Assembly: GCA_964632485.1 (NCBI GenBank)
Contig: CAZWDO010000008.1
Span: 1 to 64,000, forward strand
Source of the DNA: an uncultured bacterium
GTDB taxonomy: Bacteria > JAGOEH01
Direction of reading: 5' to 3'
Length of the DNA: 64,000 nucleotides
Part shown: positions 48,177 through 57,570 of the stretch, in pieces
Layout: every line of letters begins with the position of its first letter
Numbering within the stretch: position 1 is the stretch's first letter
Made by a program: the position numbers and the translations under genes
Notes under the pieces: generated by a model
The model's database searches: none
Seen by the model: only the letters and a program-made list of their open reading frames with translations
What the model was told of the DNA's origin: nothing

Positions 48177-50882
48177 GTGAGTATGCCTGAGTTTTTCAGT
48201 TCGCATGTTCCGCGTTCGTTTCTCAGTCATGTATTAGTATGGATTTTCCTTGGGACTGTTGGAATACAGGCCGGGACATCCGGAAAAATCGCCGGACGAA
48301 TTTTTGATCAAAGCAATGGAGACCCTTTGCCTTATGCGCAGGTGATGGTTACCGGCCAGATCATTGGCGGTTCTGAAATAGCTTTGTCAAGTCCCATGGG
48401 AACAACCAGTGATGGCGATGGACGCTATTTTATTATCAATATCTCCCCTGGAGTTTGGAAATTGGAAGTATCTTTTATGGGCTATGGCAAACAGGTTAAA
48501 AAGCCGATTCGGGTGGAAGTCGATCGCACAACTACGGTGGATTTTGCCATGCAGGAAGAGACGATCCAGGGTGATGAGATTATTGTCGTGGCTGATCGCT
48601 CTCTGGTTGTCAAGGATTTGACATCGTCTTCATCGAAGGTCTCCGGCGATGATATCAAGGCCTTGCCAGTGGAGAGTTTTGCGGAAGTGCTGGAGTTAAA
48701 AGCCGGTGTTACTACCGGAATGGGAGGTGAACTGCATATTCGCGGCGGCCGGGCATCAGAGATTCAATATTATGTGGATGGCATTGCCATTTCTAATCCG
48801 TTTTCCAATTCCTTGGCGGTTCCGGTGGAAAATAATGCGATCCAGGAGCTGGAAGTGATTAGTGGGACTTTCAATGCTGAATATGGCCAGGCGATGAGCG
48901 GTATTGTCAATATTGTCACGCGGGATGGCACCGAAAAATTTCAGGGGAGTTTCTCAACCTATTTCGGCGACTTTTTTTCTTCGCGGGATGAAATATTCGC
49001 GCATATCGACCAGATCAGCCCCCTTTCCCAGAAATATTTCGAAGGATCGCTCAGCGGTCCAGTCTTTAGCAAGAAGCTTTCGTTTTTTGCTTCCGGAAAA
49101 ATTTCTGACCGGGAAAACTGGTTGTATGGACGGCGAGTGTTCCTCCCTTCCGATTCATCGGCGTTTATTTCACCTAATCCGGACGAATACTATATCGAAC
49201 GCCATGGCGATTCTGCCTGGGTGCCGATGAATCCCGGCAAAAGCTATTCCGGCCAGATTAAGCTGACCTATCGTCCGGTTGGATCGCTCAAATTTTCTTA
49301 CAACTTGATGCTGAATCGCGCAGAAAGTCAAAGTTATTCAAACTTTTACCAATTGAACCCGGATTACCGTCCAACGGGATACTCCCATAGTTCCAATCAT
49401 TTGTTTAAATTCGAACATTCTCTAAATCCGGCGATGTTTTATAATGTCAATATTGCATATTATGAAAATGATTATAAAAGTTACGTCTATGAAAACCCTC
49501 AGGATGCGCGATACGGTTCTATTTTTGGGCGCGGCAATCAACCCCAATTTGTTTTCTCTACAGGTAGCGTGGATCCTTCCCACTATTATCAGAATAGTAA
49601 GACACTGGCATTGCGTAGCGATTTCAACTGGCAATTCAATAACAACCATCTTCTGAAATTAGGGCTGGAAAGCCGCTTTCATACGTTGGAAATGGAGTAC
49701 TTTTCCCTTGATGTGGACCCTTTTCGCTATAGCGATTTAACGCCTGTCGTTCCTCCGTTGACATCGATCGATCATAACCAATACACTAAAAAGCCGATGG
49801 AGCTTGCCGCCTATTTTCAAGATAAAATTGAAATACAGGATTTGATTGTCAATGTTGGCATTCGGTTAGATTATTTTAAGCCTAATTCTGACATACCCAC
49901 CGATTTTAGGGACCCGGCCAACAAGCTCAGGCCCCGTGATGTCGATTCGGCTTATACTGATGTGGATTCAAAAGTGCAGCTATCCCCGCGGTTGGGCTTG
50001 GCCTTTCCCATTACTGATCGCGGCGTATTCCACGCTTCTTATGGCCAGTTTTTTCAAATTCCTGAGTTTTCGCGTCTTTATGAGAATCCTGAATTCGAAG
50101 TGGCCGGTAATTTGGGTTCTTTTATCGGTAACGCAGATTTAAAAGCGCAACGCACGGACATGTATGAAATAGGCCTTCAACAGCAACTTACCAATTTCCT
50201 GGCAGTGGATGTTACGATGTTTTACCGTAATATCCGCAACTTGCTGAGTTCCGAGTTGCATATTACATATCAAAATGATATCATTTACGGCCGCTATGTG
50301 AATAATGACCATGGTAATGTGCGGGGCGTAACTTTGGCAACTAAAATCCGTTTGGCTGAAACCGGGATTTCCGGAGGAGTGGATTATACGTACCAAGTGG
50401 CCAAGGGAATTGCCAGTGATCCCAAACAGAAATTATGGGATGCCCAGGGACGTAGCGAAAGTTCAATCCTGCTCAATCCGTTGAGTTGGGATTTACGGCA
50501 TTCCGCCAATGGATATGTCAATTATAGTCAAACCGGATGGGGCGGCAGTCTGATCGCCCGCTTGAATTCCGGTTATCCGTTCACTCCGGCAGGGTATCCC
50601 GAACTGCCGAATGCGGGCCGGCTCAAAGGCGATTTCTTTATGGATTTCCAGATGTACAAGCGTTTTCAGATTGATCGATGGGGTATGGAACTCTTTATTC
50701 GAATTGAAAACCTCCTCGATAATTATCGGAATTATTTGTTGCCGGAAGTCGATCCGCGCGATGAACTGGCCCAACAGCAAAACGGATTGGACCAGATCAA
50801 CACCCGTTACGAGTATGAATTGAACCCCGGCGCGCAACCAAAACCGCGGGAAATCAAACTTGGCATCAAAGTCGATTTTTAA
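48177..50882 (+). CDS. TonB-dependent receptor
   Basis: GTSGKIAG; LHIRGGR...YYVDGI; ELEVISGTFNAEYGQAMSGIVNIVT; SPRLGLAFPI; C-terminal F. Confidence 0.92.
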   Translation: MSMPEFFSSHVPRSFLSHVLVWIFLGTVGIQAGTSGKIAGRIFDQSNGDPLPYAQVMVTGQIIGGSEIALSSPMGTTSDGDGRYFIINISPGVWKLEVSFMGYGKQVKKPIRVEVDRTTTVDFAMQEETIQGDEIIVVADRSLVVKDLTSSSSKVSGDDIKALPVESFAEVLELKAGVTTGMGGELHIRGGRASEIQYYVDGIAISNPFSNSLAVPVENNAIQELEVISGTFNAEYGQAMSGIVNIVTRDGTEKFQGSFSTYFGDFFSSRDEIFAHIDQISPLSQKYFEGSLSGPVFSKKLSFFASGKISDRENWLYGRRVFLPSDSSAFISPNPDEYYIERHGDSAWVPMNPGKSYSGQIKLTYRPVGSLKFSYNLMLNRAESQSYSNFYQLNPDYRPTGYSHSSNHLFKFEHSLNPAMFYNVNIAYYENDYKSYVYENPQDARYGSIFGRGNQPQFVFSTGSVDPSHYYQNSKTLALRSDFNWQFNNNHLLKLGLESRFHTLEMEYFSLDVDPFRYSDLTPVVPPLTSIDHNQYTKKPMELAAYFQDKIEIQDLIVNVGIRLDYFKPNSDIPTDFRDPANKLRPRDVDSAYTDVDSKVQLSPRLGLAFPITDRGVFHASYGQFFQIPEFSRLYENPEFEVAGNLGSFIGNADLKAQRTDMYEIGLQQQLTNFLAVDVTMFYRNIRNLLSSELHITYQNDIIYGRYVNNDHGNVRGVTLATKIRLAETGISGGVDYTYQVAKGIASDPKQKLWDAQGRSESSILLNPLSWDLRHSANGYVNYSQTGWGGSLIARLNSGYPFTPAGYPELPNAGRLKGDFFMDFQMYKRFQIDRWGMELFIRIENLLDNYRNYLLPEVDPRDELAQQQNGLDQINTRYEYELNPGAQPKPREIKLGIKVDF

Positions 50883-50897
50883 GCAAGGGATTACATT

Positions 50898-53800
50898 ATG
50901 AATCAATTGAAATGGATAATATGCTGGCTCTTTTTCAGTGGGTGGCTCTGGGCTCAGAATAATGGAACCATCTATATCGATCCGAATAAAAGCAATCCGG
51001 AAAAACGCCGGGTTCTGATTATCAATTCAAACCAGGTATCCACTGATCTGACTAATTACGGAACGGTGGGCCGCGGTAACGACAGTGATGTCGCCAGCGG
51101 CGGCGGCGGAGTTTGGCCCCGGGGTACCGGGCATGACCATATCCATGAAGTAACCGGTTTTATCGCCGGCCGGGTTACTACAACCGACTCGCTTGGAGCG
51201 TCCCAACCCATTTATATTATTTCCGACGGATATCGGGATGCCGGCGGATCACAAAGCGAAATCGACCCGGTTACAAATATTCTTTGGAAATTCCATCCAA
51301 TTGGCGGATATTTCAATGATGAATTGGCCCAGGAAGATATCGCCAATAGTCTCAATCCCTCCTCCTGGCCTTCAAGCTGGCCGGGTAAGGACGCAGGATG
51401 GAACAACACCTGGGACGGCTATTTCGGACTGAATCAATTTAACGCCGATCAGGAAGTCCTCTATGTTATGGATGATGTTTGGAATAAGGAATACCCATTT
51501 TACCCCTATGCATCTGATACAACCCGGCGCGGGTTAGGTATGCAAATTGAGACCCGTTTGTTTCAATGGGCGCATCCGCTCGCTAAAGATATCCTCTTTA
51601 TTCATTTCCAGGTATCCAATGCCGGCGATCATACCTATCATGTATCGGAAGATAGCATTGTTTTCGGTGGCTATGGCGATATCGGCGTCGGAGGGCGTGG
51701 AACGACCGATGACGATGCCGGATATAATTATGATATGAACATGGTATATGGCTGGGACCATAACAACCAGGGCGTTTGGACCAAGTACCGCGATATCCCG
51801 CCCGGGTACTGTGGCTGGAAATTTTTGGAATCCCCGGGTATCGGAAACGATTGGAGGGATAATGATAATGACGGCATGACCGACGAACTGCGCGATAATG
51901 ATGCCGGGGTGTTGATTAGCGGTCAAGATGCCATTCGCGCCTATGTACAGGCCAATTATGATTTCGCGAAATTCGAGCAGCGTTATGGCAAGCTGGAAAA
52001 TTTGCCAGCCTATCAGAAAGGGGAGTGGTGGAACGGCGATGAAGATCTGGACTGGAATCCGGACGTAGATGATGTGGGGACCGATGGAGCGGATTCACTG
52101 ACGGAGAATTATCCCGGTCCCGATAGCGACGGTTCGGAAGGTAATGGAAAACCGGATCAGGGAGAGCCCAATTTTGGTAAGCTGGATAACGATGAAAGCG
52201 ACCAGGTGGGTCTGACCAGTTTTACCGCCCCGATGTTCGGCTCGGTGTTTATCTCGGATGAGCACGCGATGTGGCAACGGATCAAGCCCGGCTATTTCAC
52301 CGTTCCCCAACAGAATATCAACCAGTACTGGATTTTCGGCAGCGGCCCGTTTAATCTGGATCCGCAAAAAACCGAACGGTTTTCTACTTGTTGGGTATTC
52401 GGCTATGATGAACGGGCCATTTTTCAAACCGGTTCAGTGGCCCAACGAATTTACGATTCTGACTACCGTTTCGCCCGCCCACCCCGTCAACCGAAACTCA
52501 CGGCCGTTCCCGGCGACAATAAAGTGGTTCTAATTTGGGACGATCTATCGGAACAGAGCCGGGACCCTATCTATGGCTTCGATTTTGAGGGATATCGCAT
52601 CTATAAATCAACCGATCCCCAGTTCCTGGATGCGAAGGATATTACGGATATGGTGGGAAATCCGGCATTTAAACAACCGATCGCTCAATACGATCTGGCA
52701 AACGGACTCAAAGGCCCTCATCCCCTTCAGTTCGGCGAAGAAATCAACAGCCCCACGGGTATCCATTTTTATATGGGAAATGATACCGGATTGCGGCACT
52801 ATTACGTCGATTCAGACGTGATTAATGGGCGGACCTATTATTATGCGGTCACCGCTTATGATAAAGGCTATGATTTGGATTTTTATGAACGGGGTTTGTC
52901 CGATAATGCATACCTTTTCCCGATCACCCCCAGTGAGTGTCCCGCTGCCATAATCGTCAGCAATGGCCAGGTATCGCGGATGGATCCGAATACAGCGATG
53001 GCGACACCCAATCCTGCTTCCTCGAATATTGAGATCGGGCGCACGGATGTGGATGAAGAACTCGATCACGTTGAAGGATATGCCACAGGGAAAATTGAAA
53101 TCCAGGTCATTGCCCCCGAACTGCTGGAAGATTCGACATATATGGTAATTTTTTCCACCATTGAAAGCAATAGCCCGGTGGAATATGAAACATCGACCTT
53201 TTCGTTGATCAATTTCAACAGTGGAGATACCATTGCCCGTAACTGGCCGGTCATCCAGGATTTTTCTACTGGTAATTACCTGCGCTCATGGTCGGCGGAG
53301 TTCCTTACTCGGGGGTTTATTTTGACCTTCGATAACCAATTTCCTGATAAAGATTCGGTAATCTTGAACTCGGACTGGCTGGACGAAACGGCAACGAATT
53401 TTGTTTTTTCAGTGGCGCCGGTCTATGAAACTTCTCCGATTCAACCCATTTCCTTCATGGTCGAATTTTTTGATTCCACCCAGGTGGGCATTGATTCCGC
53501 TTATACTTCGACGCGCGGCACCCTGACTCGTCCGGTAAATTTTAAAGTGTATGAATACGGATCCAATCAGCGATTGGATGTGTGGTTCCAGGAAGGAACG
53601 GGCGCGCGGCAAAATGGATTAATTGATCTCGGAGAGACGATTAATCTATTGTATAAAGAGATTCCGACGGAAAAACGTTTTAAAGCCTCCTGGGGGATTA
53701 AGATCGATGCGCCTGTTGATGAACAGGGCAATCCGATCGCCGATTCTCTTCTCATCCGGCCGGGTTCAGGGGATAAGTATCTGGTGAAAAACCGGATACC

Positions 53801-54182
53801 CTATGAGTCTCGTGATGTTTACCAGTTTGCCACTATTAAGGGCAGGGCAGTGGAACAGAGTTCGGATGAAGTACTGAAAGAGATTCGTGTCGTACCCAAT
53901 CCTTATATCGTTTCATCCATTCTGGAACAGCAAGCGTATCTGAGCGGACGTGGAGAGCGGTTTATCCGCTTCACGCATTTGCCGGCAGAATGTACGATTC
54001 GTATTTACACTATCAACGGGGATTTGTTGCAGACATTGACCCACAGTGGTGTGAATGATGGAACAGCCCGTTGGGACCTGCGGTCCCATGAAGGTTTGGA
54101 AGTGGCTTTTGGACTTTATATTTACCATGTTGAAGCTCCTGGTATTGGGAATCATATCGGTAAATTTGCCATCATCAACTAA
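50898..54182 (+). CDS. Large exported protein with Ca-binding DxDxDG-like repeats, FN3 and a C-terminal sorting domain (partner of the TBDR)
   Basis: Signal peptide; DNDNDGMTDE; PGDNKVVLIWD..FEGYRIYKS; IRVVPNPY...IRIYT..G...WDL...GLYIYHV...GKFAII. Confidence 0.75.
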   Translation: MNQLKWIICWLFFSGWLWAQNNGTIYIDPNKSNPEKRRVLIINSNQVSTDLTNYGTVGRGNDSDVASGGGGVWPRGTGHDHIHEVTGFIAGRVTTTDSLGASQPIYIISDGYRDAGGSQSEIDPVTNILWKFHPIGGYFNDELAQEDIANSLNPSSWPSSWPGKDAGWNNTWDGYFGLNQFNADQEVLYVMDDVWNKEYPFYPYASDTTRRGLGMQIETRLFQWAHPLAKDILFIHFQVSNAGDHTYHVSEDSIVFGGYGDIGVGGRGTTDDDAGYNYDMNMVYGWDHNNQGVWTKYRDIPPGYCGWKFLESPGIGNDWRDNDNDGMTDELRDNDAGVLISGQDAIRAYVQANYDFAKFEQRYGKLENLPAYQKGEWWNGDEDLDWNPDVDDVGTDGADSLTENYPGPDSDGSEGNGKPDQGEPNFGKLDNDESDQVGLTSFTAPMFGSVFISDEHAMWQRIKPGYFTVPQQNINQYWIFGSGPFNLDPQKTERFSTCWVFGYDERAIFQTGSVAQRIYDSDYRFARPPRQPKLTAVPGDNKVVLIWDDLSEQSRDPIYGFDFEGYRIYKSTDPQFLDAKDITDMVGNPAFKQPIAQYDLANGLKGPHPLQFGEEINSPTGIHFYMGNDTGLRHYYVDSDVINGRTYYYAVTAYDKGYDLDFYERGLSDNAYLFPITPSECPAAIIVSNGQVSRMDPNTAMATPNPASSNIEIGRTDVDEELDHVEGYATGKIEIQVIAPELLEDSTYMVIFSTIESNSPVEYETSTFSLINFNSGDTIARNWPVIQDFSTGNYLRSWSAEFLTRGFILTFDNQFPDKDSVILNSDWLDETATNFVFSVAPVYETSPIQPISFMVEFFDSTQVGIDSAYTSTRGTLTRPVNFKVYEYGSNQRLDVWFQEGTGARQNGLIDLGETINLLYKEIPTEKRFKASWGIKIDAPVDEQGNPIADSLLIRPGSGDKYLVKNRIPYESRDVYQFATIKGRAVEQSSDEVLKEIRVVPNPYIVSSILEQQAYLSGRGERFIRFTHLPAECTIRIYTINGDLLQTLTHSGVNDGTARWDLRSHEGLEVAFGLYIYHVEAPGIGNHIGKFAIIN

Positions 54183-54198
54183 GGAAAGGCCGGCGAAT

Positions 54199-55194
54199 AT
54201 GAAATCAATTATTTATAGTTTACTAATAATGTGCCTCTTATCCGCGGTGGTAGTCGCTCAGTCTAAGGTGGGCACAACGGCTGCGCCGTTTTTACAGATT
54301 TCTCCCGGCCCCCGCGGCCAATCGATGGGCGAAGCGGGCGTTGCCCAGGGAGATGATGTGGCGGCTCTTTTCTGGAATCCGGCGCTGGGCGCGGGGCTAA
54401 ATTCCAATCAGGCCTATTTTTCTCATATCTCCTGGTTTGCGGGCATTGATCTGAATTACGGCGGTGTGCTGTTCAATAGCGGGAACTGGGGGAATTTTGG
54501 CGCGTCGTTTTTTATTATGAATTCCGGTAATATTGAAGTGACGACTGAAGAACGCCCCGAAGGTACCGGCGATCTCTATGATGTGCAGGATATGGTGGTG
54601 GGACTCTCCTATTCCCGGATGCTTACGGATCGGTTCGCCATTGGGGGAACATTCAAAATGATCCGTTCCTCGATCTGGAATCTGAGCGCATCGACGTTTG
54701 CCCTGGATGTGGGTTTGACCTATCATACTCCCTTGCAACCCCTTGTTCTGGGACTCAGTATTACCAATTTTGGGGGCGAAATGCGGATGTGGGGCACTGA
54801 TAATGCGATCCGTTTCGATCCCGACCCCCGGGTCAACGGCAATAACGATGGGATCGTCGCCTACCAAATGACCCATGCCTGGGATTTGCCCGCTTGTTTC
54901 CGCTTTGGGTTTTCCTGGACTGTTTGGCAGACGGCCAATCACCAACTCCTCATGAATTCGGAACTATTATATCCCAATAATAACGAGAATTTTGTCAATA
55001 TGGGTATGGAATACGGTTTGAACCGGATTTGGTTTTTACGAGCTGGATATCGCCAGATATTTCTTGCTGACCGTGAAGGCGGATTGTCCTTAGGCGCCGG
55101 ACTTAAATTCAAAAATGTTTGTTTTGATTATGCCTTTACTGACCGTAATCGATTGAATAGTGTCCAATATGTGGCGCTTGGTGTGTCTTTTTAA
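54199..55194 (+). CDS. PorV/PorQ-family outer-membrane protein
   Basis: Start moved to ATG 54199; KVGTTAAPFLQI..GPRGQSMGEA...LFWNPA; FALDVG; LRAGY; C-terminal F. Confidence 0.85.
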   Translation: MKSIIYSLLIMCLLSAVVVAQSKVGTTAAPFLQISPGPRGQSMGEAGVAQGDDVAALFWNPALGAGLNSNQAYFSHISWFAGIDLNYGGVLFNSGNWGNFGASFFIMNSGNIEVTTEERPEGTGDLYDVQDMVVGLSYSRMLTDRFAIGGTFKMIRSSIWNLSASTFALDVGLTYHTPLQPLVLGLSITNFGGEMRMWGTDNAIRFDPDPRVNGNNDGIVAYQMTHAWDLPACFRFGFSWTVWQTANHQLLMNSELLYPNNNENFVNMGMEYGLNRIWFLRAGYRQIFLADREGGLSLGAGLKFKNVCFDYAFTDRNRLNSVQYVALGVSF

Positions 55195-55226
55195 AACTTG
55201 ATGAATTCACTTTCATCAGCTAAAAT

Positions 55227-55256
55227 AAAAAAGGGAGCGAATTTCGCTCCCTTTTT
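55227..55256. terminator. Bidirectional intrinsic terminator
   Basis: AAAAAGGGAGCGAA-T-TTCGCTCCCTTTTT between convergent genes. Confidence 0.85.
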
Positions 55257-55276
55257 CTATTGGCGTTAAGTAACTA

Positions 55277-55789
55277 TTATTTTCTTTCCGCTATTTTTAA
55301 GAGTTCCGCGGCGAATTTCGCCCCCTCTTCGTCTGCTGATTCGAGGCTGATCAGAATGCGCGGTTTACCGTCCACAAGATGAAATGTTAAAGTCAGCGCA
55401 AAATCCAATACATATTGAGGATCGCCACCCACGGTAAGAACCTTGTTGGCCACAGCCGCCTCTTTGATTTTTTTAATTAGCTCGGCAGGAGTGCCTTTAG
55501 GAACATAGACAACATTGACACTACTGATATTGTCGAGGCTGACGGTTGATACCGTAATTTTATCAGTTGTTTTTCCCGCTGCCTGCTCGAGTTGAGCTTT
55601 GATTTCGCTACTGCCGAATACCCCCATCTTTACTTCTCCCTTGGTAGCGCCACCCAATTCGCGCGTAAAGGATATGACTTTCGTCAACATCACTGCCTGG
55701 ACGTTATAAGGGCAGAATTCTCCAGCATAGATAGGCATCCCGATCAGCATACTTAACAACAAAGAGAGTCCGATCATTTTTTTCATCAC
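55277..55789 (-). CDS. YfiR/DUF4154-like periplasmic protein
   Basis: Signal peptide; VQAVMLTKVISF; VLTVG; GKPRILISLE.A..EG.KF..ELLKIA; SD AGGAGG. Confidence 0.75.
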   Translation of the reverse strand: MMKKMIGLSLLLSMLIGMPIYAGEFCPYNVQAVMLTKVISFTRELGGATKGEVKMGVFGSSEIKAQLEQAAGKTTDKITVSTVSLDNISSVNVVYVPKGTPAELIKKIKEAAVANKVLTVGGDPQYVLDFALTLTFHLVDGKPRILISLESADEEGAKFAAELLKIAERK

Positions 55790-55902
55790 GCGCCTCCTGG
55801 CTAAGGGATAAAAGGTTTAGGTACTTATAATAATACTGAATCGACGGGCAAAAGTTCCCTTGAGATCGTAGGGTTCGATCATTTTAGCAAAGCTCGTACT
55901 TA

Positions 55903-57270
55903 TTATAATTGATGCGCATTTTGGGAAAAACGCATATCAATGAATTTTTCAACATCGATAAGAACCCCGATTTCCATTTTTTCGTGCATATAGCGCTGAA
56001 TTGTATCAAAATCCTCGTGGATTGGCGATAGGTCGTTCAAGGTAATTCCACCGGGTTCGTTCAAAACGCGTCCCAGAACTTCTATCGTCAGGCCAATCTT
56101 TTTTTCGGGATCGAGAAAATTGACGGCAATCGCGGCAGCTTCATCTTTATGGGATTCGATAAACTTGCCGGCCTGGACTAATAAAGCAACAAACTCATGC
56201 ACAGCATCGGGATACTGTTCGATAAATTCCTGGCGAAAGGTCACGATACAGCAGGGATGATTGGGCCAGATTTCATGAGACAAAAACTGGCGCACGGCGA
56301 TTTTTTTAGCAATGGCATTGGAACCAATCGGTTCAGCGACTATAAATCCTGCGACTTCATCATTCTCCTTCATGATTTGCGGCATCTGAATCGGCGGAAC
56401 GACTTCGAAACGCACATCAATCGCCTTTTTCCCAGGAACTCCCGGACGCAGGCCAAGCTCGCTTAAATATTTATGAGCTAACATATTATGAATTGACATC
56501 TTGTGAGGAATATTCACGACTTTGTACTTAAATAAACTTTTTGGGGAGGCATAATCATCCTCGGAATGTCGGGATGATCGCACAAAAATACTACCGTTTT
56601 TATGAGCCAATAAGACCAGTTTGATGGGAGCGCCATAGCCGAATAAATCCATGGCAATGGGCGCTAAAACAAACGCGCCATCAATATCGCCCTTTTCCAG
56701 GGATTGCTGAATCGGATTCCAACCAGGATTGCATAGTGTATCCAACTCAAAATATTTTGGCGTTACCTTGCCTGTTTGGATCCAATGTTTCAGAACCCCC
56801 AAAAGCAGGTGGTCCGTAATTTGGATATGCGCTACTTTCATAACTACTTTCCCATTTACAAATCGGCGGGTTTCGGTGGGTTCTGTTTCTTTTTTCATTC
56901 CGAAAACCTCATCGATACATTCTTTTAATTGTTCTGCCGTAAATGGTTTGGCAATATGGTTGTTAGCGCCGGCATCGCGGGCGATTTTCTGTTGGGTTTT
57001 ATCTCCTTGCGCGGTCGCCATTATGAAGGGGATCGCTTTATATTTGTCATTGGCCCGCATCCATTTGACCAGATCCAGTCCATCCATGCGCGGCATGTTC
57101 CAATCACTGATCACCAGATCAATACGCTGCAACTCGAGTTTTTCAGTAGCATCTTGCCCATCGGTGGCTAATATGATATTTTCAAATCCAACTTGCTGCA
57201 AATTTTTTTTAAACAACATACGCATAGTGCCTGAATCATCGACGACTAAAACTGTCATTTTAATATCCAT
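55903..57270 (-). CDS. CheY-like receiver fused to an NrtA/CmpA (NMT1-like) solute-binding domain
   Basis: VLVVDDS, ISDWNMPRMDG, MATA, IAKPF; then HIQITDHL, DGAFVLAP, AHKNGS, PHKMSIHNML, VAEP, WPNHPCC; no signal peptide. Confidence 0.85.
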   Translation of the reverse strand: MDIKMTVLVVDDSGTMRMLFKKNLQQVGFENIILATDGQDATEKLELQRIDLVISDWNMPRMDGLDLVKWMRANDKYKAIPFIMATAQGDKTQQKIARDAGANNHIAKPFTAEQLKECIDEVFGMKKETEPTETRRFVNGKVVMKVAHIQITDHLLLGVLKHWIQTGKVTPKYFELDTLCNPGWNPIQQSLEKGDIDGAFVLAPIAMDLFGYGAPIKLVLLAHKNGSIFVRSSRHSEDDYASPKSLFKYKVVNIPHKMSIHNMLAHKYLSELGLRPGVPGKKAIDVRFEVVPPIQMPQIMKENDEVAGFIVAEPIGSNAIAKKIAVRQFLSHEIWPNHPCCIVTFRQEFIEQYPDAVHEFVALLVQAGKFIESHKDEAAAIAVNFLDPEKKIGLTIEVLGRVLNEPGGITLNDLSPIHEDFDTIQRYMHEKMEIGVLIDVEKFIDMRFSQNAHQL

Positions 57271-57570
57271 TCTATCCTCTCCTTTTGGCTGAGTTGTTAT
57301 CTTTAAACTTTATTATAATGAAAAAGTCTGCCGCTGTCAATAAAAAAAAAGACTTATATATATTGTTTTTTTATTTAAAAAAAAATATTGGGAGTTCAAA
57401 AAAATTGCTACCAGCTAATTTTGAGTTCAAATTGGACCGGAAAAAATTTTTATTATTCAATGCTTGACTTTTAAAAGTTTTTGGTGTATTCTTGGTAGAT
57501 GCCTGGATATCGAAGTTTTTAGCTTTAAGTCTGATTTTTTTAGTAACGGTTTTATTGAAAGGGATATAGA

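Noticed and set aside
54055-54198. Longer start for the PorV/PorQ-like gene
   Set aside because: It would overlap the upstream gene by over 120 bp; the signal peptide begins at ATG 54199.
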